Below are positions 11,451 to 24,000 of a stretch of DNA of 64,000 nt, in pieces (the first letter of the stretch is position 1; every line of letters begins with the position of its first letter). A program made the translations under genes and the position numbers. The notes below the pieces were generated by a model that made no database searches, was not told the DNA's origin, and worked only from the letters and a program-made list of their open reading frames with translations. The stretch covers positions 62,001 to 126,000 of the forward strand of contig OZ025800.1 of NCBI GenBank assembly GCA_964019425.1. Direction: 5' to 3'. The DNA is from Flectonema sp. DT1601 (taxonomy: Eukaryota).

Positions 11451-13555
11451 GTCGTTTTGTGTTGTGTTGCCCCTGCACCTCCTGTTTGAAAAATAAAGTT
11501 AACAACTCAAAGACAATATTATTCCTATGTCTCGTTTCATTGACTGTTGGTAATTAAGATGACGTCAGCGACTTTAATATCAAAACAAGTAATCCGAACG
11601 GTGCAATCGACAGCCGGAGTAGAAATAAGAATGACAAAAGAAACGAAAAGTGTGGTCGGGGTATTGAGGCATTCACAAGATAATTTATTTATCGAGGCCG
11701 TCACGAGGGGTATAAGAAATTCAAACGAAGAGATTTCGTTTTAAGCAGTTGTCGGAAAACATCGATTCACTCATTGCCTCGGCGGATGAAAGAACGCCTT
11801 GTTATTTTATAACAAGGCATGTTTTCACAACGCCAGACCGTGAAAAGAAGTTTTATTTTTATTTTTTTTATTTTTTTTTATTTTTTCCCTTCATTTTTAT
11901 AATAAATATCGCAGCGCATCACACAATCCCTGCCATTGGCCACTAAAGGCAAAATAGGCTCTCCAACTCGCATGTTTTGAGAAATATTTTAGTATCAGTT
12001 ATTTATCCAACTAAGAGCTGGGAGGAAACACTTTCGTAAAGCCGGTTAGGCGGTCTTTAGAATGCCTGCAAAAGTACATCATTCAATCACTTCCTTTTTT
12101 TTTTTTTTTTTTTTTTTTCCCCATCTTCCCAAAGATAAACAAACCGATGCATGCTGCTGTTATTGTAAAAGGAAAAAGAGAAAAATAAAAAAAAATAATA
12201 ATACAAACAGAAGGACAATCTAAAACGAGTTTTGTACACAAGTTCTCCCAATCACCAGAATTCGCAACGTGAAAGTACTCCGGAAAACTCAAAAAAAAAA
12301 AACGACAGAAAAAAAAAAAAAAAAATTATTTTGCCGCACCATGTTAGATGCATTGAAGCTGTGTATAAAACATTTTTTAAAAGTCTTTTTAGTAAATAAA
12401 AAGAGAAAAGGAGATGTAATATAAAAAAAAAGAACACATGTCGCACACAAGACCAAGAAGATTTAACTAAACTACATAAAGTGGCTTACGACGAGTGTTG
12501 AACTCTACACCAAGTAGTTGAAGAAGCGGTGGGCTGTGTATTAAAGAAATAAAAAAGAGAAGCAACAACAAACCAACATAAGAAATATCGCACAAATACT
12601 TCCCCCTCTCCGCCTGAGAAACAAACCACGTATTCATCAAAGCGTATAATTGACCTCCTCATGATGACGTAACCGATTTCCTCTTCTTTTCCAGTTTCGG
12701 GAACAGAACGCAGAAAATCAACAGATAACCTGGCATCAGAATTATTTAGTTAGTGAGCCACACAACCAACGTAGTTGAAAAAGAAACTATTTAAATTGAA
12801 AGCCGATATTTCCTATGGTCATGACTTATTCCCCGTGCGACAAGATTCTGTCTGCGTTCAACGAAAAACTATGCCAGGAGTTAAGCACACAGACCCCTGA
12901 ATAAGACTGATCTGAATGGTTTTTTTTACTTAAATTAAGTTAATATTTTTTTTTTGTTCACAAGGTTGATAACAAGACGTTGGGGTCATCAGTTATCAAA
13001 GAATATGAGCGAATCAGCATAATATCTAAAACAAAAAAAAAAAAGGGAAAAGGAAAATTCTCCGTTGCTTCCCCAAAACTTTATTTTTCTCCTGCTACCC
13101 AAAAGAACTCTGAACGTTGACCATTCGAATTTTCCGACCTTTTGGTGAATTTCCTTTCCGCTTAATGTATGGCAGAAAAAACTTTTTTTTTTGAGAAACT
13201 TTTTGGGTGCAGGCAACAGAGAAAAAAAGTTAAGGTGACAAGCAAAGAAGAAACAACTTTCTTTGATGTAGGCACCCAAAAAAAAAAAAAAAAACTTTTC
13301 CCACCTTCCATACGACAGTAGATTTAATCCAACACATTTGATGGCACAAAAAATAAAAATGCCAAAAGAGACTAAATAATCGAACCTCGAGTGATATGTT
13401 ATCACTGTTCATCATTCCGAAACATTATAACTAATTAATTCCTTGGACATTAGGATGTAAATATGCTGCAGGATGTTCAAAGCGGCAGTCTAATATAAAT
13501 AATAATAATATTTTTTCTTTTGGAACCAAACATCTAGATTGAGTGTTTTATTTAA

Positions 13556-13822
13556 TTAACTTCTTGCAGCACATCGATGGTACATCCAATCGCGAGATTC
13601 TACGTCAGAAATTGATTGAAAACTATCAGCGTCAGCGAATAACACTTCCTGCATGTGTTCAGGTAGATTCTCTTTTGCAGACCAACGAATTCCTTCTAAT
13701 TTAATTTGATATGATAATAATAACTTTCTAAGTTCTGTTGTTTCTCTTTCGTGTTCTTCGTTCTTAGCTCGGAGATGTTCCGCAATTACTCGCTCCATCT
13801 CCTGAGTCTCTTCGACTTTCAT
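13556..13822 (-). CDS. Small coiled-coil hypothetical protein (88 aa)
   Basis: Protein-like charged composition, unlike the flanking homopolymer ORFs. An AG acceptor (13838-13839) lies 15 nt upstream of the ATG. Confidence 0.55.
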   Translation of the reverse strand: MKVEETQEMERVIAEHLRAKNEEHERETTELRKLLLSYQIKLEGIRWSAKENLPEHMQEVLFADADSFQSISDVESRDWMYHRCAARS

Positions 13823-14190
13823 CTTTAAGAACTTTTACTGTACAAAGATTAATAAATAGTTACTTTACTGAACGTAGTTAACTCACAGAAACTTGTGAAA
13901 TAATAATGTGATAACTATTTCACAAAAAAAAAAGAAAATTTTCAAAAACTATCAAAATGCGTTCGTCAGTATCCGTGGAAAGCGGCAGGAGTCCAGTGGC
14001 CTTATTCAGATTATATATAAAAACAAAACACTCGCGAGACCAAAGGCTGCACATTCAACAGAACAGTTAGAAGCTTGCCGAAGCCAAAAGTAACAGCTGC
14101 AGCACATCACTCAAATGAGAAAAGTAATAAAATATAGTTTCTGTGCGTCACTAAAGAAAAACGTTTGTCAGTATTAGCTAGCAAGTCCAG

Positions 14191-14639
14191 AACTGATGAC
14201 TTCGGGGGTCTGGGTAACCCTCATCAGTTGAGGACCCAATCAAGGAGATTGTGTTTTTATAGCTTCGGCTGGAAGAATCAATTCCCAGCTTTCCACCTTG
14301 CCCAGAGACTAACTCCCCTGAACAGGTTGACAAAAAAGAATGTCCAGGGGAGTGGAGATAGGAGTAATAAATAATTTTTCTTTTTTTTTTTTCCAAATAA
14401 AAAACCGTTCTTCTGGAAATAATCAAACGTGTTTAATGCCGCTATACCACGAAAGAAAAACCCCGTAACATGACGGGGTTCACCCCTAATTGCCCCAAGC
14501 ATTAATATTGCAAGGGACTTGTCGAAGGATTTAAAAAGAAGTACCACAAAACCTGGGCAACACGAATAACTACACCAAGTGTGTTGGAACAGAATCAAAA
14601 AGGAAGCTCAAATGAGACAATCAGTTTTAGATCTTAACT
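14191..14639. repeat. Dispersed repeat A, copy 1 (homologous to 46246-46623)
   Basis: Collinear shared blocks: ggacccaatc, gattgtgttttt, ggctggaa, caccttgcccaga, aacaggttga, ggagtggaga, ataatca.acgtgt.taatg, agaatcaaaa, tcagtttt.gatcttaact. Confidence 0.85.
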
Positions 14640-15046
14640 AGAGATCCATATTGGTAAAAAGAAAAGTAGAGAGCTTTAAAAAGAATTAACGAAACTTCTC
14701 TGTTCTGTCCTCAGAGAACAAGTGGAGTTAAAAGCATCAACAGACCAACACTGTCAGAAGTGAGTAACTGAATGAACATCAGATATATAACTTCAAAGAA
14801 ACTAAAAGCTGTTGACAACTCCTCCGCAAAGAGAACAACAAAACAAGAGTAAAATAAAAGAGCAAACAGGTAGAGGTTCCCCTCTTCATATTAACTCACG
14901 CATTGTTCCAAAGTTTACACACAACTTTATTTCTATAAACCATTTAACAAATTCAATCAAATAAAATAATTTATCAATCAACAGAACCACAGCAGAGGAA
15001 CTATTTAAGAAAATAACAACAACAACTCAATGCTTCACAAACAGGA

Positions 15047-16900
15047 TTAATAAAGATCGCTGTTCATGTCGGGTTCAACTCTTGTGAGTGTGTTTGATGA
15101 GCTGATGGCTTTTACAATCTTGTTGGCAGCCTGTAAGAATTCGATGTCGAGTTTTGATGCGGCGTCGTCATCGTACATCAACTCCTGAGTAGGAACAGAC
15201 TTACCCCAAAGAGTGACTCCAATAGTACGACCACATTCATCTTTACCAACTGGGACTTGTAGTTTTGGAATTGGGAAGTGTTTGAACATACACTGAATGT
15301 GGTAGTTGAAGGTCGCTGCGTTTCCAACTTTTTCAATTTGATAACTTCCATCAGGTTTCTTAACATTAACTGAACAATTACCTTCTAACAGATCAGAAAT
15401 GTCTTGAGAAGTTGAAGTCTGAGTTGGAGTAATAATCACATCAACACCGTTGGTATCAAAGTACTCATTCCAAATCTCACGAGCACTGTTTGCAGCTATT
15501 GCTAAATATCTATTTTGTGTTTCATCACTTCCATTACTGACCCCCATGAAAGCCTTCGGGTTATGACTGAAACCAGTGCCTCTGACATCAGCAATTAGAT
15601 CTCTTGCTCCAACACCCATTACATTAAAGTATTTATTAACCCATTGACACATGTTTCCTGTAATTGAGTGACAGCCAGCTAGAATCGGATCAAAATGTTT
15701 TCCATTCACTCGAAGACCAAACTGTTGTTCGTACAAGACGTTAACTTTACCGAGAGTCTTACTTTCGACTTCTTTGAAATCTTCAGATGTTGTCGCGAAT
15801 TTCGAATCTGTCGAAAGTACTTTTTGAATGGAATCGATCGCATTAACGACAGCGTCATCAGCTCTGTGAGATATCAGACCAAAAGGGTTGTCAGTTGAGG
15901 TGGTCGGAATGTTAAACTCCTGAAAGTACTCTTTTGGAAACCCAACTTTGACAGCAGTAGAAATAGCAGCAGCCTCACTGTGTTGTGACTGGGTAGAGTT
16001 GAGAATAGAATCTATAAAAAGTAAATCATCAACAGTACGAGTGAGTACTCCAATTTGATCATTGAAGTTAGTCATTCCCGGATTACCACCATTTGGGTAA
16101 TGATTTCTTAAAGGATCATATCCAAAGATTCCATTCATTGAAGCAGGGTGTCTAGTTGATCCTCCAGTGTCTTCAGAGACAGCCATTGGAACTAGTCTAG
16201 CAGCTACAGCTGATCCAGATCCACCACTTGAACCTCCAGGTGAGAACTTTGTATTATTAGGATTTCTAGTAACTCCGTTAGTGTGATTCATTGTAACCCA
16301 ACTACATGCGAACTCTGGTACGTTAGTGAGACCCATTATGACAGCGTTTTTACTTTTCAATAATTTAATCATTTCGGCATCCTCAACAGCCTTGTGAGAA
16401 GAGAGAACACCAGATCCACAACCTGATCTAAAGTCAATTGAAGCACCAGTTCCTTTAATCGCCACAGGAAGTCCGTAGAGTGGAGCAACCGACTCAATCC
16501 CATCTTTAGTAACCTTCTCGTCAATAAGAGTTGCTTGTTTAATCATCAGATCAGTTTCATCATAAGTAGTGACCAAGAAAGCATTTAACTTTCTGTAGTG
16601 AAGTATTCTCTTTACGAGTGCGGTGACGTATTCTGTGCAGGTTACTTTCTGTTGTTTGAATGTGTCGACGTATTCGATGCAGTTGAGTAGATAAAGTTCC
16701 TTTTCTCTTGTTGTTGAAGACTCATCAGCTTTCAACTCCGGGTAGTTATTTCTGAACCATTCTGATGTTTTAACATGGTCAATAGGTCTTTGGTTCCATG
16801 CATCAGATCCAACCTTCGCCTCACAGTTGTCTAACAACTCCTTCGGTGGGAAATCGGAGTGGAACTTCGCATCTTTGATATCGTAGACTGCGTTGGTCAT
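15047..16900 (-). CDS. Amidase-signature family enzyme
   Basis: Motifs PLYGLPVAIKG, GLTNVPEF, TRNP, PGGSSGGSG and EDTGGSTRHPA supply the Lys-Ser-Ser triad. Confidence 0.92.
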   Translation of the reverse strand: MTNAVYDIKDAKFHSDFPPKELLDNCEAKVGSDAWNQRPIDHVKTSEWFRNNYPELKADESSTTREKELYLLNCIEYVDTFKQQKVTCTEYVTALVKRILHYRKLNAFLVTTYDETDLMIKQATLIDEKVTKDGIESVAPLYGLPVAIKGTGASIDFRSGCGSGVLSSHKAVEDAEMIKLLKSKNAVIMGLTNVPEFACSWVTMNHTNGVTRNPNNTKFSPGGSSGGSGSAVAARLVPMAVSEDTGGSTRHPASMNGIFGYDPLRNHYPNGGNPGMTNFNDQIGVLTRTVDDLLFIDSILNSTQSQHSEAAAISTAVKVGFPKEYFQEFNIPTTSTDNPFGLISHRADDAVVNAIDSIQKVLSTDSKFATTSEDFKEVESKTLGKVNVLYEQQFGLRVNGKHFDPILAGCHSITGNMCQWVNKYFNVMGVGARDLIADVRGTGFSHNPKAFMGVSNGSDETQNRYLAIAANSAREIWNEYFDTNGVDVIITPTQTSTSQDISDLLEGNCSVNVKKPDGSYQIEKVGNAATFNYHIQCMFKHFPIPKLQVPVGKDECGRTIGVTLWGKSVPTQELMYDDDAASKLDIEFLQAANKIVKAISSSNTLTRVEPDMNSDLY

Positions 16901-17909
16901 TTTTTATTAAATGTGCTGTGAGAATAATAATTAATCAGAATAACGAATATATAACTGTCGTGCCTGTCGTCTTCTTCGTGCATCGCAAAAATAGACAACT
17001 CATGGATCGCGAATAGCAGGTCGGATAATGAGAGTTGGTATCAATCAGTTATGAATCCATTGTTACTAAAGAGAATAGAAGTAAGGATAATATCGACATC
17101 AGAGTTGATAAGTAGAATGAAACTATTTTTTATTTAGTTTCGCTGAATAAGAAGCACTCAAATTCTACAATTCGTAGTCACCTGAGTACCGTAACCTCCC
17201 CTTGAATGATGGCGGTACCCTGACAAACTCTCCTTGCTTTAGATGCGAAGCTCTCTTAGTGGAGTAACACTTAGCTTTCACAACAAACAAGGAATGATTG
17301 TATGGGGGAAAAGAATACAACGCAACGATGTGAATGGCGCGAGACCATCCGAGAAAGAAGTTTATCGGAGATACTGAGATCATCATTCGTGAGCTGCCAA
17401 CATTCAACAATCGATGATGAAAAAGAAAGGGCCAGGCAGTGGAACCCTATACTCGTTCAGAATAATAAAACCGGGTTTTTGGTTTGCGAAAAGCAAATAT
17501 GATTTTAATCCCACGGAACTAGACGAATTGATACTCACACTGCTAACAATCTTTTTTAAAACAATCGATTACTTGAGACTCAGGCAATAATGTTAATCCT
17601 CTCTACGTATGATGTCTGGACCTAAACAAGGGAGCCAGTCAAGTAAACCCAACAACCTTCACCAAACACAGGGCATTCAAGGGTAACGTTTCTTGACGTA
17701 TTTCAAGACCCCGCACGAATAGTTGAATTGAAAGTACTTTAAGGTTTGTAGCTTGCACGATGCAATGAATATAACAAAAGGAGAAAAAAATAGTAAAAAG
17801 AAAAGATAATGAAAAAAGAAAAAGAAACGCCTCCAGCTTCACGTTGTATATGTTTATGAATATCAGAGAGAGACGGAGAGCAGCGGATACGCAGAGTGTC
17901 CGTTGCTGA

Positions 17910-18689
17910 CTACTCAAATATCTGAAAGACGTTTAGAACAGCAGAAGCACAGGCAATAACTAATAATCTTTTACCGTAATTCTTGTAAACAATACTTGTG
18001 CCTAGTTGATTTACTGCTTTAGTGAAAGAAGCTCTAGTGGTTGCTTTCTCTCCTAACTCAGCCATAGCACCAGCAGTAAGAGCTGTGTTATGAATCCATT
18101 GCGTGAGGAATGCAGTACAAGCACCAGCACACAATCCTGAAACAAATCGACAAGCGGTTTCATTTTCCTCACCAAGTGCTTGTCTGACGTAAGGCTTTAT
18201 CTTCGGGCCTAATACTAAAGCACCACCAGTTGCACATGATTCTCTTACAAAACACCATGCGATCCCAGGATATACTTTAGTCCAGTAAAGGGCTTTAGCG
18301 CTCTCTGCCCAAGTGGCTCCGGGATTCCCTGGAGCAGATTTGTTATGAAATTTGTAAATATCGCTGATGCATTTGTTGTATAGAATTGATTGAAAAGGAA
18401 CACCTGTACTTCCATACGAGACCATCGTGTTGAGTGATTTGGTTTCCGGACTGATTTCGTCAAGTTTGTGTTTCATTGTTCTCATCACTGCAAACTGTCC
18501 AAACTTAACTGGTACCTGAAATGGCATAGTTCTGGCTAATATTTTCATTGTTCCCGACGGGGTTGGTATTGGAAGCATACCCTTACTCACAGCGGTCACT
18601 TGCGGGTACGTAAACGAAACAGTCGCTATTGATATTAACGTCGATGCGATCGCTAAATCAGGTATCGCTTCATTAAGTGGTCTCGGCAT
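17910..18689 (-). CDS. Membrane protein, possibly a divergent mitochondrial-carrier-like protein
   Basis: First true ATG is at 18689 (MPRPL). RFVSGLCAGACTAFLTQWIHN and VYPGIAWCFVRE resemble carrier-repeat helices, but the PxD/ExxK/R signature is not clear. Confidence 0.5.
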   Translation of the reverse strand: MPRPLNEAIPDLAIASTLISIATVSFTYPQVTAVSKGMLPIPTPSGTMKILARTMPFQVPVKFGQFAVMRTMKHKLDEISPETKSLNTMVSYGSTGVPFQSILYNKCISDIYKFHNKSAPGNPGATWAESAKALYWTKVYPGIAWCFVRESCATGGALVLGPKIKPYVRQALGEENETACRFVSGLCAGACTAFLTQWIHNTALTAGAMAELGEKATTRASFTKAVNQLGTSIVYKNYGKRLLVIACASAVLNVFQIFE

Positions 18690-18953
18690 TCTTTGATTTG
18701 TACTAAACAATAAGCTCTGAGAAGTAATGTAATGGTAGTGAGACTCAATATATTTCTAAAATGACGTTCATCATCATCATCATCATCATTGTTGTCTGAT
18801 AAATGAATTAAAGAATTCATAACCAAAACATTTAAAAAATAAAAAACTAAAAAATACAAATAAGAAACTAACAATCTGGTTTAAGTGAGTTAATTTTTGA
18901 TTAAGAAAATATTTTTGCCTGCACGTGTAAACTTTTCTCAAAAAAAAAAAATT

Positions 18954-19784
18954 TTAGCTTCTTGGGCTTTCACTGGATATCATACATGACGGAGTTAGGT
19001 TTTTAAAAGTTTCAACTGCTTTTAATTTATCTAAACTCATTAACACGACAGGACAAGTAGCAGCAGAGTGCTCTATGTAATTGAGACCGTTAGTGAAGGC
19101 AACAACAGCTGAGTTGTTAGGGTTGTAGTTCATAAGATAATCTCTCACAACATTACAATTAAAAAGAGTTAGTCTCGGACCTATAATAGAAGACGCAGGT
19201 AGGAACAGCATTCTGACGTCTGGAGAAGTTTCTTCCAATTTAACGAAACGTTCGGTCGAAACGTCGCAGAGAATAATTCCTCTTCCTTGTTGATTGACGT
19301 GTGATAATGCTTTCTCTGGCATTAGATGTTGGTATTTTATAAAGTAAAGACAAACATCTTTTAAAATAGCTGATTTACTAACACCTCCCCAGTCAACAAA
19401 ATACCCCTGAAGTGTTCCACAATTCTTACGCTGTTCAGATAAGTTGCTGAGATCACCTGCTTTGTTCTTTCCAGAGGTATGTTTCTTTCTGATTACCGCG
19501 AGCCTCGAACACACTTCGTTATGTCGATCTGCATGAGCCTCTTTACAAGCCGCACTGCAATAAGCAACTACTTCACATATCGTGCAAAGTTTATTCTCGT
19601 ATCCTTTCTTTCCACATAATTCACAAGGTGGTGAGTAGTGTCTTTGTAATTCTTTCATCATCCGTTCGTCTTCAGACTCACCCCTTCCCATGAAAGCAAT
19701 AATTAAAGACATTATAACAACAATAGATATGACGACAAACCCACCGAACACTAAAACAGTGTCTCCGTCACCAACTTCTTCCAT
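18954..19784 (-). CDS. Membrane-anchored MYND zinc-finger protein
   Basis: N-terminal hydrophobic helix followed by CELC...CTICEVVAYCSAACKEAHADRHNEVC, the MYND pattern. Confidence 0.85.
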   Translation of the reverse strand: MEEVGDGDTVLVFGGFVVISIVVIMSLIIAFMGRGESEDERMMKELQRHYSPPCELCGKKGYENKLCTICEVVAYCSAACKEAHADRHNEVCSRLAVIRKKHTSGKNKAGDLSNLSEQRKNCGTLQGYFVDWGGVSKSAILKDVCLYFIKYQHLMPEKALSHVNQQGRGIILCDVSTERFVKLEETSPDVRMLFLPASSIIGPRLTLFNCNVVRDYLMNYNPNNSAVVAFTNGLNYIEHSAATCPVVLMSLDKLKAVETFKNLTPSCMISSESPRS

Positions 19785-20970
19785 ATTGTTGTGTGTTTTG
19801 TGTTTCTGGAATTGTCAGGTGCGTTAATTGAAGAAAGGAGAACTGTTAAGTCGTAAGAATTAATTAGCTACCAAAACAGCTAGTGGCCCAGTAGTTCGTA
19901 TCACAAATCATGATGGCGAAAGATGATATAAAAGTGGTGCTGTGCAAAGCTTCAGAATTTATCACTTAAAGGCAAACAACATCACATCAGGAGTGGCTCA
20001 CTTGAATATCAATCGATAGCATTTCATTATCAGCTTTCTATTAATAATGAAATAATTTCAAACAACCATCACAATAATAATCTTCATTACTGCTAACAAT
20101 TATTCAAATTCACGTGCAGTGACTTAAGCACCGACATGAGCAGCAAGTAGTTCTCTCGTGAATTCAAGTGACATGATTAGGAAGGATAAAAAAATAAAGT
20201 GGGACTCTTCGTTCTGTTGTATCTGAGAGTTTGTCACACATGCGACGATGTGTTGTTAGTCAGTAAGTTAATACAGATGACTAGTGTGACAAATGTGAAT
20301 TTTTGCTACGTAAGGAACTTTTATCCAGTTACTCAACATAGGTGAAGTATTTAACGTGTTGAGTACGACGGTAACGTGACCACAACCTCAGCACGAAGGA
20401 CTACTAATAACAGACTAGTTGATTATTGAATATCACAATTAGTAACATTTAAAATATTACAGTTATAATCTATAACTGAATTATTTGACTTGCTATCAAT
20501 TATCATTTTCAACATCACAAAGCCACAAGGAATAGAAGCAGACCACCAGTAAGAGAATGGAATACGAAAACAAACAAGGGAATGACGTTAAATGGGGAGG
20601 AAAGAATATTTGACCGACAGGTGAAAGTCCAATAGTAGCAAAGCTGAAGGTTAGAGTCAGGGCATTAGGAGAGATAGCTCGAATAAAAAAGAAACTATCC
20701 TCCTACAAACCCACAAGGAGCAACCCGACACTGGGCTACTTTCGAGGGACCTATCAATAAATATTTCGTCCACCAATTCCGCATTGGGACAATAATGAGG
20801 TGTCAACAGCTAAAAAGCTATTGGGGACTTTTATCACCCTGAATTCAAACAAGATGAATGTTCGGTAAGCCAACTAAGGGAGAGGAGGTTAGAAACACGA
20901 TGAATAACGAAGTTGAAGAACTTATGCCGATTCTGCAACGCTCAAGACTATCGGCATGTGAGTTGATTAG

Positions 20971-20971
<1 letters not shown>

Positions 20972-21046
<75 letters not shown>
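20972..21046. repeat. (CAA)25 microsatellite
   Basis: Perfect 75-nt trinucleotide run. Confidence 0.97.
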
Positions 21047-21048
<2 letters not shown>

Positions 21049-24000
21049 ATTAATAATAGAATCTCAACTCACGCGACTATTAAGAATCGATATCGTCTAA
21101 ATAATAAGGAAACTCAACAACACTTCCTTCGCGTGTTTTCGTACTTAACTTTCATAATAATAAATTAAATTATAAACGCAAGAACAGGTGAAGAAGGAAG
21201 TAGATCTGAATTATAAGAAACCGAACCACAATAAATCTGACTAAGATTATAGCGTTCTTAAACTACCCTGATAATAGTAAGGAATTATGTAGCGCCTGTC
21301 AGCGAGCAACCTGCAGACATTCAAAACAAAACATAACAATGAGCGACACCTAAGAAATACAAAAAAAAAATAACTAAAAAAAGGTTTGCTCAGCTAAAAG
21401 AGTAATTAAAAAAAAAATAAATAAAAAAAAGAATGAATGAATACCCTTGTTCAATATAACGCAGTGCAGAACAGAATAAACAAACAATGAAGTTACCTCG
21501 TCATTTAAACTGTTTGTACACATATGAGGTCTTGCATTCCCTCCCCGTGACTCCTTTATTCAAAAGAAAGAAGAAAAAAAAAACTCATATTTCGTAAATT
21601 TATGAGTTTGTTAACACGTTGTGCACTATCAGGGTACTCGTCTGATGGACGAATGAATACAAAATATTCAATAAAGGTACAGACAGTTCAATAACCCTCC
21701 ACAGCTACAATCTATCCTTTTTTGCTAAAATCTGCAGTTAATCGATTTGCATACTAATCGAAAGGATAATAATTTTTTTTATTTCAAAATTGACAAAAAG
21801 AAAAGGGGAAAAAAAAGATTTAAAAATATAAATTTAATAATGAACAAAACCCTTACGCCACCAATAAATTAAACACAAAACCCCTTCAGGCTACTACAGT
21901 GACTTAGTGGCCTCATAAGTAGACTAGACACAGTCGAAAGAAACTAAACAGAAGGAAAAAGGAAACATGACAACGAAGACCTTTGTTGATGATGAGAAAT
22001 AGTGATTCTCTTTTTTCTTTTTAAACTGATCAACTACACAAACTAAAATGCCCTCACAATATCCAGTAATACGGAAAGCAAATTAGGGTACATAAGAAAT
22101 TTAAGTAGTCGTTTGGAAGAAGTGACTCACTTTACCTGAAGTGTCAATGATGTCACATATTTCCAGTTGAATCAGATTTTCACTACGGGATTCTTCGCTC
22201 CTTCGAAGAGAGATCACTCAAGGTACGAATCAACAATAGAAAACAATTATGACACATCTTACTATTGAAGTGAAGTGATAGAAGTGATTGAAGTCATCAG
22301 ATCACCTCCACAACAATTCAAAACGAACATAGAAACGAACTGCGCTCTTCATTCACAAAGAGTGGAGCCAGCTGCTCTTGTTTCATTTGGTTACTTCTTA
22401 GAAGACAACATTATTTTAATAATAAATTATAATAATTAGAAGACAACAAGCATCCCATTCTAGTAGTAGCGCGTAGATGTCGCGACTCCGAACTATATAA
22501 CTCTGTGTATGAACCACATTATTTTTTTTGCATTTGAGAGCTAAAGAAACTCACGACGCAAGACACTAAAGAACAGCTACCGAATATAAGAAGAAGAACT
22601 AACTCACTTATGAGGCAGATTATATTAACAACCTCCAACAGTAAAATTACTTTATCGCAGTCAGTTCCTGCAAAGAAATAGCTGGGTGGTGCGCAAGGAA
22701 TTTAAAAATAAACTTCTTAAGGGCAGAAATAACACCACAACTTACACGCAAAGATATCCTTTTTTTTTTTTTTTTTTTTTTCCAAAAAACAACGCAAATG
22801 CACTACTAATTAAACACAAACCACTTGTAAGATGACAACAATATATATCGCCGCTACCTGAGAGTAGCGGTGTACAATCGAAAGCTGTCGTTAACTTCTT
22901 ACAAAGAAAACAGAAATTCACATATAGTCAAAATAAAGAGAAATACGACAATAATAACAGCTGTTGTTAACAATACTGATCAAGACAACACAAGAAAAAT
23001 AAAATAATTTTATTGCAGAAAACAGTGAAGCGTAGTCATTTCGTGAAATATATAAAAACTACGAGAAAATAATTACACCACAGAAAACAATGATAGGATA
23101 TTTGCTCTTGGCGATGAAAAAACTTTTCACAACTACTACTTAGCCTTTCAAATAAGAACTTAAACTTGGTAAGGGTTTTGTTTTTCGTTTTCTTCAAAGC
23201 TGACAAGGATATAAACAAAACAAAAAGAACACATTCACGAGACGTAATTTTTGAGACAACTTAGGTAAGCTAGTTAGGTGAAGAACTCTTCACAAAAAAA
23301 AAGAAGAAAAAGAAAAAAAAAAAAAAAACAGGCAGAAATCTGACCCGTGATCTACTTATAGTCCGCTAAGAGAACGATGTGGTGATAATTTTCGATGTCA
23401 GAAAGCAGCAATAAACTTCCCTTCATCTCTTGGGAAAACCTGCAGCTCTTCCCGACAATTACTTGAAGTGAAAACTAACTTAAAAAACAAAAGAAGGGTG
23501 GTAAACTAGCAATCGGGAACGTCTAAGTAAGACTTTCCCTTGATTATATATCAGAAAAAAAAATAAGTATCAGCACCAACATCGACAGGTAATTATTTGT
23601 AATAAAGTACCCATGAAAGCAGCATGTGGTACCGTAGCACTCACTTCAAAAAAAATAAAATAAATAACAACAAGGACAACACGGAAACCTGCGCAAGTCA
23701 TCAAAAAAAAAAAAAAAAGACACCAAGCATTTTTTGCAAGCAAACTAAAAAAAATAGGTTTATTTACAGTCTTAGTGGGAAATGGTTACTTCGGATTCTA
23801 TAGCCAAACATACCAGAAGAAACCAGGGTGGGCAGCTTTGCAAGCCTTCAAAAAAAAAAAAAAAAAAAATACTAAATAATTTCTACGCGAAACAAGGTCA
23901 AGAAGAAAAATACAAATCACGCCCCAAAAAAAAAAAAAAAAAATTATACTGTTGCGATATTTTTTTTTTTTTTTTTTTTTTAGAATGCTCAGTTTGTATT

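Noticed and set aside
20858..21049. Poly-Q ORF on the plus strand
   Set aside because: It is a by-product of the CAA microsatellite, on the strand opposite all supported genes.
21669..21687. CAATAAAGGTACAGACAGT resembling the reverse complement of a euglenozoan spliced-leader 3' end
   Set aside because: The match is short, gapped and AT-rich, with no adjoining retrocopy or SL RNA gene; chance is likely.
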